DNA of 64,000 bases from an uncultured Rhodospirillaceae bacterium (GTDB lineage: Bacteria > Pseudomonadota > Alphaproteobacteria > UBA9219): contig CAYVNS010000004.1 in the NCBI GenBank assembly GCA_964453225.1, positions 63,640-127,639 on the forward strand. The letters run 5' to 3'. Numbering within the stretch: position 1 is the stretch's first letter; each line of letters opens with the position of its first letter. The notes beneath the pieces are model-generated. The model was not told the origin of the DNA, did no database searches, and saw nothing but the letters and a program-made list of their open reading frames with translations. Shown here piece after piece: positions 19,685-30,888 of the stretch. The translations under genes were made by a program, and so were the position numbers.

Positions 19685-20265
19685 AAGATTTAAGCGGCAG
19701 AGATGATAGCGCGACACCTTTGACTCCCGACGAACGGAACGGGATAATCCCCACCCACATTACATTACGTCAGGAACTTAATGAACTTGAGCAGAAAAAT
19801 ATTTTCCAAGCCGATCAGTGGGTATTTCAGCGCAAACGTAATGCGCTGGACGAAGGATTTCTATGCCGCCTGCATAAGCGCATGTTCGGCCATGTCTGGG
19901 CTTGGGCGGGAGAATATCGCACAACAGCACGGAATCTGGGCGTGGAAGTCTGGCGCATTCAACCGGATATGCGCCAGTTAGTTAACGATGCTCGTTATTG
20001 GATAGACAATGAAACGTATACTCCCGATGAAATCGCCGTTCGTTTTCATCATAGGCTAGTTGTCATACACCCCTTCCCTAATGGAAATGGGCGTTGGTCC
20101 AGGCTGGCTGCGGACGTCCTTGTCGTAAGACTTGAACAATCCAGATTCACATGGGGAAGGATTAATCTCCAAAACGTCGGCGACGTAAGGCGTCAATACA
20201 TAGATGCCTTGCGCGCAGCGGATAGCCACGACCTTGATCCCTTGATTAAGTTTGCGAGACAGTAA
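19681..20265 (+). CDS. Mobile mystery protein B (Fic/Doc-family protein)
   Basis: The Fic active-site motif is HPFPNGNGRWSR (HxFx[D/E/N]GNGRxxR). Confidence 0.85.
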   Translation: MKDLSGRDDSATPLTPDERNGIIPTHITLRQELNELEQKNIFQADQWVFQRKRNALDEGFLCRLHKRMFGHVWAWAGEYRTTARNLGVEVWRIQPDMRQLVNDARYWIDNETYTPDEIAVRFHHRLVVIHPFPNGNGRWSRLAADVLVVRLEQSRFTWGRINLQNVGDVRRQYIDALRAADSHDLDPLIKFARQ

Positions 20266-20278
20266 GTTTCACCCTCAC

Positions 20279-20860
20279 CTACCCCACCTTCTTCAAAAAC
20301 AGTGCGTGGATGCTGTCGGCGGCGGAGAGTTCGGGGTGGAAGGTGGCGGCCATGTGCATCCCCTGCTCGACCAGCACAGGATTCCCTTTGTAGCGCGCAA
20401 GGACTTTCACGTCCTTGCCGGTGCGGCGAATAATGGGCGCGCGGATAAAAACGGCTTCCAGCTTGTCGGCAATCGTGCGCTTGAAATTTTCGTCTTCCGG
20501 CTCAATCGTCACAATGCAGCTATCGTTCTGCCGGCCATAGGCGTTGCGTTGCACGTCGATATCCATCGCGCCAAGGCTTTGCTGCGACGGGTTCGAAACT
20601 TCCTTCGCCATGAGAATGGCTCCCGCGCAGGTGCCGAAAATGGGCTTTTCCTTCGCGAATTTTTCCAAAGCCTCCATCATGTTGTCATAACGCATAAGCT
20701 TCAGCATCGTGCTGCTTTCGCCGCCGGGAATGACAAGGGCGTCTATGCGATCAAGAACCCTCGCCTCGCGAATCAGAAGCGGCGTGGCCCCCGCGCGGGA
20801 AACGGCGATCTCATGAGCCGTAAAACCGCCCTGAAGAGCCAGAATACCAACCTTTTTCAT
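20279..20860 (-). CDS. pdxT: Pyridoxal 5'-phosphate synthase glutaminase subunit PdxT
   Basis: MKKVGILALQGG...LVIPGGESST...FGTCAG...FHPE is a class I glutamine amidotransferase of PdxT type. It lies downstream of pdxS. Confidence 0.9.
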   Translation of the reverse strand: MKKVGILALQGGFTAHEIAVSRAGATPLLIREARVLDRIDALVIPGGESSTMLKLMRYDNMMEALEKFAKEKPIFGTCAGAILMAKEVSNPSQQSLGAMDIDVQRNAYGRQNDSCIVTIEPEDENFKRTIADKLEAVFIRAPIIRRTGKDVKVLARYKGNPVLVEQGMHMAATFHPELSAADSIHALFLKKVG

Positions 20861-20883
20861 GATTCAGCGCACCGTTTGAAGCC

Positions 20884-21786
20884 TTACCACCCGCGTTTTT
20901 GCAGCATCTCCGATTCGGGGATTTTCGCAATATCGAGTCCGGGCATAGCATCGCCTAATGCGCGACTAACTTCAAGCAGTTTCGCGGGTTGGTTGTAATT
21001 CTTGGCCGCCTGCACGATGGCCGTCGCGCGCGCGACAGGGTCGGCCGACTTAAATATCCCCGAGCCGACAAACACCGACTGCGCGCCCAGTTGCATGACA
21101 AGCGCGGCATCGGCGGGCGTCGCAATGCCTCCGGCCGAAAAATTCGGCACGGGCAGCTGCCCGTTTTCCGCCACCCATTCCACAAGCTCCAAAGGCGATT
21201 GAAGCTCTTTGGCTTCGTGCGCCAATTCTTCCTTGCCGAGCATGGTAAGGCGTTTCATCTCCTTCATGATCGTGCGCATGTGGCGAACGGCCTCGACGAT
21301 ATTTCCCGATCCCGCCTCGCCCTTGGTGCGGATCATGGCCGCGCCTTCGCCGATGCGGCGCAAAGCTTCGCCCAAATTACGGGCGCCGCAGACAAACGGC
21401 GTTTTAAAAGCGGTTTTATTGATATGATGCTCTTCGTCGGCGGGCGTCAAAACCTCGCTTTCATCGATATAATCGACTCCCAAAGCTTCCAGAATTCGCG
21501 CTTCCATGAAATGCCCGATGCGCGCCTTGGCCATGACGGGAATGGAAACGGCTTCCATGATTTTTTCAATCACGCCGATGTTGGCCATGCGCGCAACGCC
21601 GCCTTCCTTGCGGATGTCCGCGGGCACGCGCTCCAAAGCCATAACGGCGACAGCGCCTGCGTCTTCGGCGATCTTGGCTTGCTCGGCGTTGGTCACGTCC
21701 ATAATGACGCCGCCTTTAAGCATCTCGGCAAGGCCGGTTTTCAAACGAAAATCTTCACTCGTCAGATGAAACATTTTTCCCCTCAT
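20884..21786 (-). CDS. pdxS: Pyridoxal 5'-phosphate synthase lyase subunit PdxS
   Basis: [13 protein letters not shown]...[20 protein letters not shown]...[10 protein letters not shown] is the canonical PdxS sequence. The start could be the second Met. Confidence 0.9.
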   Translation of the reverse strand: MRGKMFHLTSEDFRLKTGLAEMLKGGVIMDVTNAEQAKIAEDAGAVAVMALERVPADIRKEGGVARMANIGVIEKIMEAVSIPVMAKARIGHFMEARILEALGVDYIDESEVLTPADEEHHINKTAFKTPFVCGARNLGEALRRIGEGAAMIRTKGEAGSGNIVEAVRHMRTIMKEMKRLTMLGKEELAHEAKELQSPLELVEWVAENGQLPVPNFSAGGIATPADAALVMQLGAQSVFVGSGIFKSADPVARATAIVQAAKNYNQPAKLLEVSRALGDAMPGLDIAKIPESEMLQKRGW

Positions 21787-21996
21787 TCTCTCGAAAAGCC
21801 GCTATATGCCTTGCGAATACCACCTCGGGCCACGAAAACCAACATAAACTGTATAATACCAACGCTCGTTTGGCATAAGGCCCTAAAACTCATTTCCCAA
21901 GTTAGGAAATCCCGCTAAAGTATCGGCCTCATTGCTTTTCCTTCTTTTTGTTAACGGGGAAGGCGAGCCGGTTTTTTAGTTAATAGGATTACCAGA

Positions 21997-23088
21997 ATGA
22001 CAGAACAGGAAACGCCTGAAAATCTCTCGTACGGCACGTTTGCCGCCTCGGTCCAGCGAAGCAAGGCTCTTGAAACAGACCTTCAGAACAACCCGGGCCG
22101 CCACCGCGTCTTGACTGGCGACAGACCGACGGGCGATCTTCACATCGGCCATTTGTTCGGCTCCCTTCTGAACCGCGTCCGGCTTTCCCAAATGGGGGTC
22201 GAGACGTTTATCGTCATTGCCGACTATCAGGTTTTGACCGACCACGAGGTGTTCGACCGCATTGCCGAATGCACGCTTAACCTCGCGCTCGACTACATCG
22301 CCGCGGGCCTCGATCCCGACAGCGGCAAGGTTTTTATTTTCCCGCATTCGTGCGTGCCGGAGCTTAACCAGCTTCTCCTGCCCTTTTTGAACCTTGTCAG
22401 CATTTCCGAGCTGGAACGCAACCCGACGGTGAAAGACGAAATCGACGCCGCCAAATTGACAAGCATAAACGCGGGGATGTTTACCTATCCGGTGCATCAG
22501 GCCGCCGACATTCTCTTTTGCAAAAGCACGGCGGTGCCGGTCGGCAAGGATCAACTGCCGCATATCGAATTGACGCGCACCATCGCCCGCCGTTTCAACG
22601 CGCGCTACGCGGGAAAAAGGCCCGTCTTCACCGAGCCGCAAGGCCTTCTAAGCCAGGCTCCGACGATCCTCGGCCTCGACGGCAAAAAGATGAGCAAAAG
22701 CCGCAACAACTCCATTCCTTTAAAAGCGACGGAATCGGAGACGGCAAAAATGATCAAAGGCGCCGTGACGGATTCCGAGCGCCTGATCACCTACGATCCG
22801 GCGAACAGGCCGCAGGTCGCGAACTTGCTGGAAGTCGCCTCCTACGCGAGCGGCGTGCCGCCCGAACTCATCGCCGAGCAAATCGGCAATGGCGGCGCGG
22901 GCAAGCTGAAAGAATACCTGACCGAAAGCCTCAACGCTTTCCTGCGCCCTCTTCGCACCCGTCGCGCGGAATTGGAAAAAGACCTGGGCTACGTTCGCGC
23001 CTCGCTCGACAAGGGCATCGCCAAGGCTCGGGACGTCGGCGCGCAAACGCTGGCCGAAGTGCGCGAAGCTATGAATATGTATAGGTAG
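21997..23088 (+). CDS. trpS: Tryptophan--tRNA ligase
   Basis: GDRPTGDLHIGHLFG (HIGH) and KMSKS motifs, with TrpS-like length and pattern. Confidence 0.85.
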   Translation: MTEQETPENLSYGTFAASVQRSKALETDLQNNPGRHRVLTGDRPTGDLHIGHLFGSLLNRVRLSQMGVETFIVIADYQVLTDHEVFDRIAECTLNLALDYIAAGLDPDSGKVFIFPHSCVPELNQLLLPFLNLVSISELERNPTVKDEIDAAKLTSINAGMFTYPVHQAADILFCKSTAVPVGKDQLPHIELTRTIARRFNARYAGKRPVFTEPQGLLSQAPTILGLDGKKMSKSRNNSIPLKATESETAKMIKGAVTDSERLITYDPANRPQVANLLEVASYASGVPPELIAEQIGNGGAGKLKEYLTESLNAFLRPLRTRRAELEKDLGYVRASLDKGIAKARDVGAQTLAEVREAMNMYR

Positions 23089-23175
23089 GGGCTTGGGGCT
23101 TGGGGGTGCGGATCAGGGGGGAATAACGCGAAAAATATGTCGACTTGTAACCCCTAGCCCCCCTAACCCCTGATC
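23086..23175. repeat. G-rich GGGGCT(A/T)G repeat / inverted-repeat element between convergent trpS and degP
   Basis: gtaggggcttggggcttggggg...gatcagggg // cccctagcccccctaacccctgatc. Confidence 0.7.
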
Positions 23176-24654
23176 TTACTTCTTCTTCGCCAGCGTTATC
23201 GCAATAAACTGCAATTCGTCCTTGCGGTTGACGAGAAGAAGCAGCGGCTTGTTATCCTTCTTGGCCTGCCTGGCGCGTTCGATCAAATCCTTGGCGGATT
23301 TAACCTCCTGCTGAGCCGCTTCGCTGATCACATCGCCGACAAGCACGCCCTGATCCCCCGCCACGCTGTCGGGCGTCATGGCCGTGACGAGTACGCCGTT
23401 CACGCCTTTTTTGACATCGAGGCGCTTGCGCAAAACGTCGGTAATAGGCGAGACGGTCAGGCCAAGCTCCTCAACCTTTTCGCCGGCGGGCGGCGCAGGG
23501 CTTTTGCTGTCCGCCTTTTCTTCCTCCTCATCGGCGCTTTCTTTCGCGGAAAGCTCGCCGACTTTCACCTTCAGCTTCACCGTCTGCCCCTTGCGGAAAA
23601 CGCCGACATCGACGGATTTATCAATATCCGTCTCCGCCACCATAAGCGGCAAGCGATGCATGTCGGATACGTCCTTCCCGTCAAAAGTGACGATAACGTC
23701 GCCGGCTTGAATGCCCGCTTTCGCCGCAGGGCCATCGGGCGACACGCTGGAAATCAAGGCCCCTTTGGCCTGCCCCATGCCGAGGCTGTCCGCAATTTCC
23801 TGAGTCACGGACTGAATGCGCACGCCCAGCCATCCGCGCCGGATATGCCCGTGCGATTTTAGCTGCTCGACAATATTCTTCGCCAACGTAGACGGAATGG
23901 CGAAAGCCAGCCCTATCGAACCGCCGGAGGGCGATATAATGGCCGTATTGATGCCGACGACGTTACCGTCCATGTCGAACATCGGCCCGCCGGAGTTGCC
24001 GCGGTTGATGGGCGCGTCGGTCTGCAAATATTCGTCGTATGGGCCGGAATTAATATTCCTGGCGCGGGCGGAAATGATTCCGGCGGTTACCGAGCCGCCA
24101 AACCCATAAGGATTCCCGATCGCCAGAATCCAGTCGCCGACGCGGATCTTGTCGCTGTCGCCCCATGAAATGGCCGTCAAAGGCGCTTTGGGCTTGACCT
24201 TCAGCAACGCAAGATCGGTTTTTTTGTCCGAACCGACGACGGTAGCGGTCAAATTCGTATCGTCTTGCAAAATAATCGTAATTTCATCCGCGCCGTCGAT
24301 CACATGAAAATTCGTGACGATATAGCCCGAAGGATCGACGATGAATCCCGACCCCAGCGCGGTCGCCTTGCGCTTGCGCAAAAGCTCCTTGCCCTGCTGC
24401 TTTTGCAAAAGGTCCTTAAAAAACTCCTCGAAAGGCGAGCCTGGAGGAAACTGAAGCTCCGGCAAGCCTTCCAATCCCTCGCGTGGAGAAACGGTCTGCG
24501 TCGTCGATATATTCACAACGGAAGGAATCAGCTTTTCGGCCAAATCCGCGAATCCCGGCGGGCCGCTGCGTGCAAAAGCCGGCGCGGAAAGCGTCACGGC
24601 GAAAACGCAAAAAACGGCAATGAACCTGCCACAGAAAGAGGAAAGCATTTTCAT
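23176..24654 (-). CDS. Periplasmic serine endoprotease DegP/HtrA (Do family) with two PDZ domains
   Basis: The internal start MKMLSSFCGRFIAVF... carries a signal peptide. The catalytic motifs are TNFHVI, DLALLK and GNSGGP. Confidence 0.9.
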   Translation of the reverse strand: MKMLSSFCGRFIAVFCVFAVTLSAPAFARSGPPGFADLAEKLIPSVVNISTTQTVSPREGLEGLPELQFPPGSPFEEFFKDLLQKQQGKELLRKRKATALGSGFIVDPSGYIVTNFHVIDGADEITIILQDDTNLTATVVGSDKKTDLALLKVKPKAPLTAISWGDSDKIRVGDWILAIGNPYGFGGSVTAGIISARARNINSGPYDEYLQTDAPINRGNSGGPMFDMDGNVVGINTAIISPSGGSIGLAFAIPSTLAKNIVEQLKSHGHIRRGWLGVRIQSVTQEIADSLGMGQAKGALISSVSPDGPAAKAGIQAGDVIVTFDGKDVSDMHRLPLMVAETDIDKSVDVGVFRKGQTVKLKVKVGELSAKESADEEEEKADSKSPAPPAGEKVEELGLTVSPITDVLRKRLDVKKGVNGVLVTAMTPDSVAGDQGVLVGDVISEAAQQEVKSAKDLIERARQAKKDNKPLLLLVNRKDELQFIAITLAKKK

Positions 24655-24938
24655 GTTTGAACCTAGATAGAGATGGGACAGAAATCGAACAGTCGAACGA
24701 GCCCCGGGCTTCCGGCCCGGAACGCCTGACTCTACCTGAAATGTGTTCTTTTTACAGTAATATTCAAGAGGGGGGCTAAAAATAGAGTGCCCTCTTTCTC
24801 TTATCTGCGCAGCGGAATGTTTCAAATCAACCGGGAAGGCTGATATATACCCAATGGGCCGTCTTCTTCAAATTGACGGCGCGCGCACCGGAAGCTAAGG
24901 TGTTCCGCGTTTACTGGCCCCCACCTGAAGTTATCCGT

Positions 24939-25637
24939 ATGAATCTCGAACCGCTCGACGTTCTCCAAATCAACGCTTATCAAAGCGAATACGGCTGGTG
25001 GAAAGAGTTCATGGGCGGCCCCGGCGCGGCTACATTGACCCGCCAGGCCGATCCGAATCTGGAAGTTCAAGACTACATCGCGAAATATATCAAAAGCAGT
25101 GACGATGTTATTCTCGATGTCGGCGCAGGCCCGTTGACGCAAGTCGGCTACAAGTGGAAAGGCAAACCAATCAAGGTCGTCGCCGTCGATCCGCTGGCGG
25201 AAGCCTATAATTCCATCCCTCTGCCGGTCGAAAGACCCGTCACGACGCAGTTCGGCTTCGGAGAAAGCCTTTCAGACCTGTTTCCCAAAAACACCTTCGA
25301 TATTACGCATGCGCGCAACAGCCTCGACCACAGCATCGACCCTTTGAAATGCATTTACGAAATGATCGAGGTCACAAAGCCCGGCGGGCACATCATCCTT
25401 CATCATTGCCAGGGGGAAGGAAACCGCACGAATTACGAGGGACTCCACCAATGGGATTTCCTGACGAAAGACGGCTTCTTCTACATCTCCGGCGCAAAGC
25501 AAGACACGCTTGTTAATGTCACGCGGCATCTTGGCTACCTTGCGGTTCAGGTGGATTTAAGCACCCCGCTTATCCACTCGCCATGGCTTCAAAGAGACGT
25601 TGCCTGGGTGGATATGGTTCTACAGAAAAGAGCTTAA
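24939..25637 (+). CDS. Class I SAM-dependent methyltransferase
   Basis: Motif I is ILDVGAGPL, and HARNSLDH is also present. The start MNLEPLD at 24939 is preferred. Confidence 0.6.
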   Translation: MNLEPLDVLQINAYQSEYGWWKEFMGGPGAATLTRQADPNLEVQDYIAKYIKSSDDVILDVGAGPLTQVGYKWKGKPIKVVAVDPLAEAYNSIPLPVERPVTTQFGFGESLSDLFPKNTFDITHARNSLDHSIDPLKCIYEMIEVTKPGGHIILHHCQGEGNRTNYEGLHQWDFLTKDGFFYISGAKQDTLVNVTRHLGYLAVQVDLSTPLIHSPWLQRDVAWVDMVLQKRA

Positions 25638-25714
25638 GCCCCCTCTTGCCCGCGCCGCCAATATGAGTATGGTAGGGTCTCTGCCTTTTCCCTTGCCCCA
25701 ACACTTTTTCGTCG

Positions 25715-27295
25715 ATGCCTCTCGTAAATGTCGCCGTCTGCGGCACGGTTCGCAGTTCTCTCGAAGCCCATTTGGTTTTCAACGAAATCATGGCGGGCAA
25801 AGAAGCCGGCATCATTGGCCGCGCCCTTTTTGTCGACTGGGAAGAAGATCTTGAGCAAAAGCACCCAAAGCTAAAGCCCTATCTGCTTGAGCACGGCATC
25901 GACGTTCTTCCCATCCCTCCCAGGCCGGGCATGACGAGCAACGATGTTCAAATGTCGCAGCTTCATGCCGCGCTTTCCTTGTTCGACGACGACGATCTTG
26001 TTTTGCGCACGCGCGTCGATAAAGCCTTTCCGCTGCTGCGCACGTTTTTGACGAACGCGCACGCCCTTGTCGAACGATGCCTTTGCGCGCCGGACTCCCT
26101 TCTTTTCGACCACACGATCCTGACGGCAGCCGTGTGCGTGAGCCGTCCTTTCTGCCACGCCGATTTGCAGCTTCTGGGGCAGGCGCGGGATTTTCGCCGC
26201 ATCATCAATATGGATCATTATTTCGACGTCTTCTGCGATCAGGCGCACGAGGCGCAATGGTTCGCGCTGCCTTTTATTCAGGCTTACCCGGACATTCGAA
26301 CGCTTTTTGAAACCGTGAGCCTCCGCGATTTTGTGAAAGCGCTTCGGTTTTGGGCGAAAACGGACTTTCCCATGCCCGACGCGCTTGTCCGCACGCTGGC
26401 CCATTATTATGATTTATGCAGGCGGCACTTCTCGCTTATGAGCGACGCGCCCTTGCCCGAGGGCCTCACTTTGCGACAGGCCATCGACGGCGGCGATCCG
26501 ACAGGATGGGATTGGGGAACATCGACCTTTATCGGTTCCAACGAATGGATGGGTTTTCTGCGCACCGGCGAGCGCTGCGACCCGTTTTGCGAAGAGCTGC
26601 GACATTTTGCGACCGGCGACAGGCACCCTTCCCTCTCCGCCTCGGATGTCGGGGCCATTCGCGGATTCGTTGGACACATGCTTGGCGTAGACGAAAAAAC
26701 CTTATGGTGCGGAAATGCGTACAAGCCGGGCCGGCTGGCAAAATCTTCGGGCTCTGCGCCCGCGCCCGGCCTTGAAGAAATTGTCCGCACCATCGCCCAT
26801 CAAATCAGCCCCGGCTTTGATACGGCTATCGCCTCGCGTTCACTAAGCGCGATAAGCCACATTTGCCAGAATTATCCCCCGAATGCCTTCAACGAATTCG
26901 GCATCTTTCTGGAAAAAGCCGCGACAAGCATTTGCGCGGAAATAGCCGCAACGGGCAAGGACAAGCCCTTATCGAACGAGGCCCTTTTGCTTCCGGCCAT
27001 TTTCCACAGCGCGGCGGTGGCTTTTTCGAACAACCCGGGATCGGCCTCGTGGCTTGGGCAGGCTCTTCTGGAAGGAAAGCTGGCCGAGCCTTTCGATTCC
27101 TTTGCGCGATGGGGGTTATCGGCGCGCATATGGGCGCAACCGCCTTACGTCGTTTTCCTTCTGGGGTTATTGCTCTTCAAGGGCATCGGCGGCCCGGCGG
27201 ATAAAACCGAAGGACTGCGCCTGATCACAGCAGCCGCCGAATCCGGCGATGAAAGCGCAAAGGCTTTTTTGAAGGGATTAGGGGCTAGGAGCTAG
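25715..27295 (+). CDS. Hypothetical protein with a C-terminal Sel1-like (SLR) repeat
   Basis: The C-terminus LLFKGIGGPADKTEGLRLITAAAESGDESAKAFL resembles Sel1 repeats. The N-terminal ~430 aa were not recognised. Confidence 0.45.
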   Translation: MPLVNVAVCGTVRSSLEAHLVFNEIMAGKEAGIIGRALFVDWEEDLEQKHPKLKPYLLEHGIDVLPIPPRPGMTSNDVQMSQLHAALSLFDDDDLVLRTRVDKAFPLLRTFLTNAHALVERCLCAPDSLLFDHTILTAAVCVSRPFCHADLQLLGQARDFRRIINMDHYFDVFCDQAHEAQWFALPFIQAYPDIRTLFETVSLRDFVKALRFWAKTDFPMPDALVRTLAHYYDLCRRHFSLMSDAPLPEGLTLRQAIDGGDPTGWDWGTSTFIGSNEWMGFLRTGERCDPFCEELRHFATGDRHPSLSASDVGAIRGFVGHMLGVDEKTLWCGNAYKPGRLAKSSGSAPAPGLEEIVRTIAHQISPGFDTAIASRSLSAISHICQNYPPNAFNEFGIFLEKAATSICAEIAATGKDKPLSNEALLLPAIFHSAAVAFSNNPGSASWLGQALLEGKLAEPFDSFARWGLSARIWAQPPYVVFLLGLLLFKGIGGPADKTEGLRLITAAAESGDESAKAFLKGLGARS

Positions 27296-27320
27296 GGGCT
27301 AAGCGCTTGGGGCTTGGGCG
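27276..27320. repeat. G-rich GGGGCT(A/T)G repeat element at convergent gene ends
   Basis: gattaggggctaggagctaggggctaagcgcttggggcttggg. Confidence 0.65.
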
Positions 27321-27331
27321 CAATGACGCGT

Positions 27332-28342
<1,011 letters not shown>

Positions 28343-28354
28343 CTAATACGGGGT

Positions 28355-28428
28355 CGTCATTCCCGCGCAAGCGGGAATCCATCTTCTTTTATCCCCAAAC
28401 ATGGATCCCCGCCTTCGCGGGGATGACG
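28355..28428. repeat. Paired GC-hairpin repeat element (two inverted ~26-nt units)
   Basis: cgtcattcccgcgcaagcgggaatcc ... ggatccccgccttcgcggggatgacg. The layout is the same as at 59506..59584. Confidence 0.8.
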
Positions 28429-28462
28429 CATGAATCTATATTACTAATCGACAAGTAATACG

Positions 28463-28497
28463 AAACAAAATGCGCCCAAGGCGGAGCCAAGGGCGCA
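28463..28497 (-). terminator. Rho-independent terminator downstream of rpmA
   Basis: On the minus strand the GC stem gcgccc...gggcgc is followed by attttgtttcg. Confidence 0.55.
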
Positions 28498-28521
28498 TCG
28501 CATTCACATACGAAAGCCTGC

Positions 28522-28779
28522 TTACTTAGCTTGGTCCACAACCGAAACATAAGTCCGGCCGCTTTTCTCGCGGAATTTCACAAGCCCCGCGATCTTGGCG
28601 AAAAGCGTATGGTCCTTGCCCATGGCGACATTATCGCCGGCGAAGAACTTGGTGCCGCGCTGGCGCACAATGATATTGCCGCCGATAACTTTCTGGTCGC
28701 CGTACATCTTGACGCCCAAGCGGCGTCCCTTGCTGTCGCGACCGTTGCGGGACGACCCGCCTGCTTTTTTATGAGCCAT
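28522..28779 (-). CDS. rpmA: 50S ribosomal protein L27
   Basis: [16 protein letters not shown] is the canonical L27 N-terminus. Confidence 0.95.
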   Translation of the reverse strand: MAHKKAGGSSRNGRDSKGRRLGVKMYGDQKVIGGNIIVRQRGTKFFAGDNVAMGKDHTLFAKIAGLVKFREKSGRTYVSVVDQAK

Positions 28780-28801
28780 TCTATTCTCCCAACTTTCCCG
28801 A

Positions 28802-29113
28802 TTACGCCTTGATGCCCGTAATCTTCAAAACCGTAAAATCCTGCCGATGATTGTTCCGGCGGCGATAATTCTGGCGGCGCTTTTTCTTGAAGATGATCAG
28901 CTTTGCCGTGCGCTTCTGCTCGACGATCTCGGCAGCGACGGAAGCGCCTTTAACGAACGGCGCGCCGACGGAAACCTTGGCTCCGTCGCAAATCATCAGG
29001 ACTTCCGCCAATTCCACTTTGGCTTGCGCTTCGCCGGGAAGCTTCTCGACCCGGACGATATCGCCTTCAGCAACCTTGTATTGCTTGCCGCCGGTTTTGA
29101 CCACTGCGAACAT
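28802..29113 (-). CDS. rplU: 50S ribosomal protein L21
   Basis: [14 protein letters not shown] is the canonical L21 N-terminus. The gene is upstream of rpmA. Confidence 0.95.
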   Translation of the reverse strand: MFAVVKTGGKQYKVAEGDIVRVEKLPGEAQAKVELAEVLMICDGAKVSVGAPFVKGASVAAEIVEQKRTAKLIIFKKKRRQNYRRRNNHRQDFTVLKITGIKA

Positions 29114-29195
29114 GAGTTAATTCCTTAATAAGATTTTTAAAAAGCAGACCGGCGAAATCCGAACTTTATGCTGAACTTCACTCGCTCTGCGCCTC

Positions 29196-29268
29196 GCCTG
29201 TCGCTTGCCGGGCTGAACCTTTGTTACAAAACAGTATTCAATCCGGCGAGCGACAGGCTCCTCGCAAC
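29196..29268 (-). promoter_or_regulatory. Long stem-loop in the rplU-rpmA 5' leader
   Basis: gcctgtcgcttgccggg (29196-29212) pairs with ccggcgagcgacaggc (29253-29268). It lies ~85-155 nt upstream of the rplU start. Confidence 0.25.
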
Positions 29269-29454
29269 CACTCGTGACCCCATCGGAGTCTCTCTTCAAA
29301 CGACGCCGATGATGACAACGCCTGATACAGATTCTACGAAGGGCGCATTAATGGAGGAAGAGGCGATAATTGTCAAGGAAAAGAGGCCTTAATTTTTGCA
29401 ACGCGTTCAAAAGCTTATGCAAAATCCGTTAACCACGGGATATTCGCTAAGACC

Positions 29455-30201
29455 TTATTCTTCTTCCCCCCGCAAAGGCTTCGGCGTGTGACGGATCAGC
29501 CAAATAACGCCGATAAGATCATAAGCGCCGCGTACGGCTCTGCCCACAAAATCGGACTTCGACGTGCCGCAAACCCGCGGGCGGTCGTTGACAGGCGTGA
29601 AAAGGCATTCATGCCCATAAAGCTTCAAAAGCGCGGGCATAAAGCGATGAAGCCCATTGAAAAACGGAAGCTCAAGATAGGAATCCCTTGGAAAAACTTT
29701 CAAGCTGCATCCCGTATCGGGGCAATTATCATTGAGCAGCGCTTTGCGTATTTTATTCGCAAAACGGCTCGCAAGGCGTTTTGCAAGCGTATCGCGCCGG
29801 TTGACCCGAATGCCCGCGACCAGAATCTTGCGATCCATGTCCTTCATCCACGCAAGGTCGAGCAGTCTTGGCGCATCGGCAGGATCGTTCTGGCGATCCC
29901 CGTCTATGGTTAAAATCCATGGCGCGCGGGCGCGGCGAATGCCGTTACGCAACGCCGCGCTCATGCCCAAGCGCTCAGGATGCCGGATCAACCGCACGCG
30001 CGCATTTTTCTCCCGCGCCTGCCGGATTTCCGAGGCGGTATCGTCCGAGCTTCCATCGTCCACGCAGATAATCTCAAAAGCCTCGCCGGTGCGCGCATGG
30101 GCGCCCAGCGCGGCCGAAATCTCGTCGATAAGGGGCAGAACATTCCCGGCTTCGTTCAGAAGAGGAATAACGACGGAAACAAGCGGTAAGTCGGAGGACA
30201 C
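29455..30201 (-). CDS. Family-2 glycosyltransferase (polyprenyl-phosphate sugar synthase-like, ArnC/DPM1-type)
   Basis: VSVVIPLLNE...VDDGSSD...IDGDRQNDP are the GT2 DxD-type motifs. Confidence 0.85.
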   Translation of the reverse strand: MSSDLPLVSVVIPLLNEAGNVLPLIDEISAALGAHARTGEAFEIICVDDGSSDDTASEIRQAREKNARVRLIRHPERLGMSAALRNGIRRARAPWILTIDGDRQNDPADAPRLLDLAWMKDMDRKILVAGIRVNRRDTLAKRLASRFANKIRKALLNDNCPDTGCSLKVFPRDSYLELPFFNGLHRFMPALLKLYGHECLFTPVNDRPRVCGTSKSDFVGRAVRGAYDLIGVIWLIRHTPKPLRGEEE

Positions 30202-30408
30202 GGCGTTTAACCTTATAAATAAGAGGTTTTCCCGAAAGCTTAAGAGAGAGGCTCCCTATTTTGTGCCTTAAAGCTTTCGAAAAAACCAGCCCGAACGCGC
30301 GCCGGCATAAAGTTTTTGCTTTTTCAGCGTTTTTTGGTTAGTTTGCGCCTCCTTAAAGGTTTTGGCGCTTCTAACGCTCCAAACGCCCAAAAGCAGAATT
30401 TTTGATAT

Positions 30409-30485
30409 GCGCCCGTAGCTCAACTGGATAGAGCATCTGACTACGAATCAGAAGGCTAGGAGTTCGAATCTCTTCGGGCGCGCCA
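30409..30485 (+). tRNA. tRNA-Arg (anticodon ACG)
   Basis: The cloverleaf folds by hand: acceptor GCGCCCG/CGGGCGC, anticodon stem TCTGA/TCAGA with loop CTACGAA, T-arm AGGAG-TTCGAAT-CTCTT, and encoded CCA. Confidence 0.9.
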
Positions 30486-30579
30486 TAAACAAAAACCCCC
30501 ACTTGGGGGTTTTTGTTTATGTAGTGTCTGAAGCTGTGAAGTGCTCCTCGAGTTCGACCAAACAGTCCGGGGGACTGTT
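30466..30579 (+). repeat. Direct repeat copy A: last 20 nt of tRNA-Arg plus 94 nt of 3' flank
   Basis: Nearly identical to 30889..31002, with a few mismatches seen by eye. Confidence 0.85.
30487..30518 (+). terminator. Perfect hairpin/terminator immediately after tRNA-Arg
   Basis: aaacaaaaaccccca-ctt-gggggtttttgttt, with a T-run after the stem. Confidence 0.6.
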
Positions 30580-30658
30580 AGGCGCGAGGCGAAGCCGAGG
30601 TCTGACCCGGACACTTGTCCGGGGAAGACCAAAAACGCGCAGAGGAGCGCGTTTTTGC

Positions 30659-30677
30659 AATCTCTTCGGGCGCGCCA
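30659..30677 (+). repeat. Direct repeat copy B: 19-nt copy of the tRNA-Arg 3' end (aatctcttcgggcgcgcca), followed by its own hairpin at 30677-30718
   Basis: An exact match to tRNA positions 30467-30485. Confidence 0.8.
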
Positions 30678-30888
30678 TTCAACTAAAAAAGCCCCTATTG
30701 GGGCTTTTTTAGTTGAATATCGTCCCTGAGCTTCGAACTCCGGTAAGGAGTTCGAAGACGAGCCATTCAAAAAACGCGCGGCGCACGTGTACACCGCGCC
30801 TCATCAAAAAGCATGGCGAAGGCAGGGCGAGCGGCGCGACTTGTCTTCCAAAGCTACGAAGTAGCGAAGGAAGAAGCGCCGAGAAGCC

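Noticed and set aside
20252-21918. ORFs 20252..20998 (+) and 20989..21918 (+), of 248 and 309 aa
   Set aside because: They are antisense to the unmistakable pdxT and pdxS genes, and their composition is an antisense artefact.
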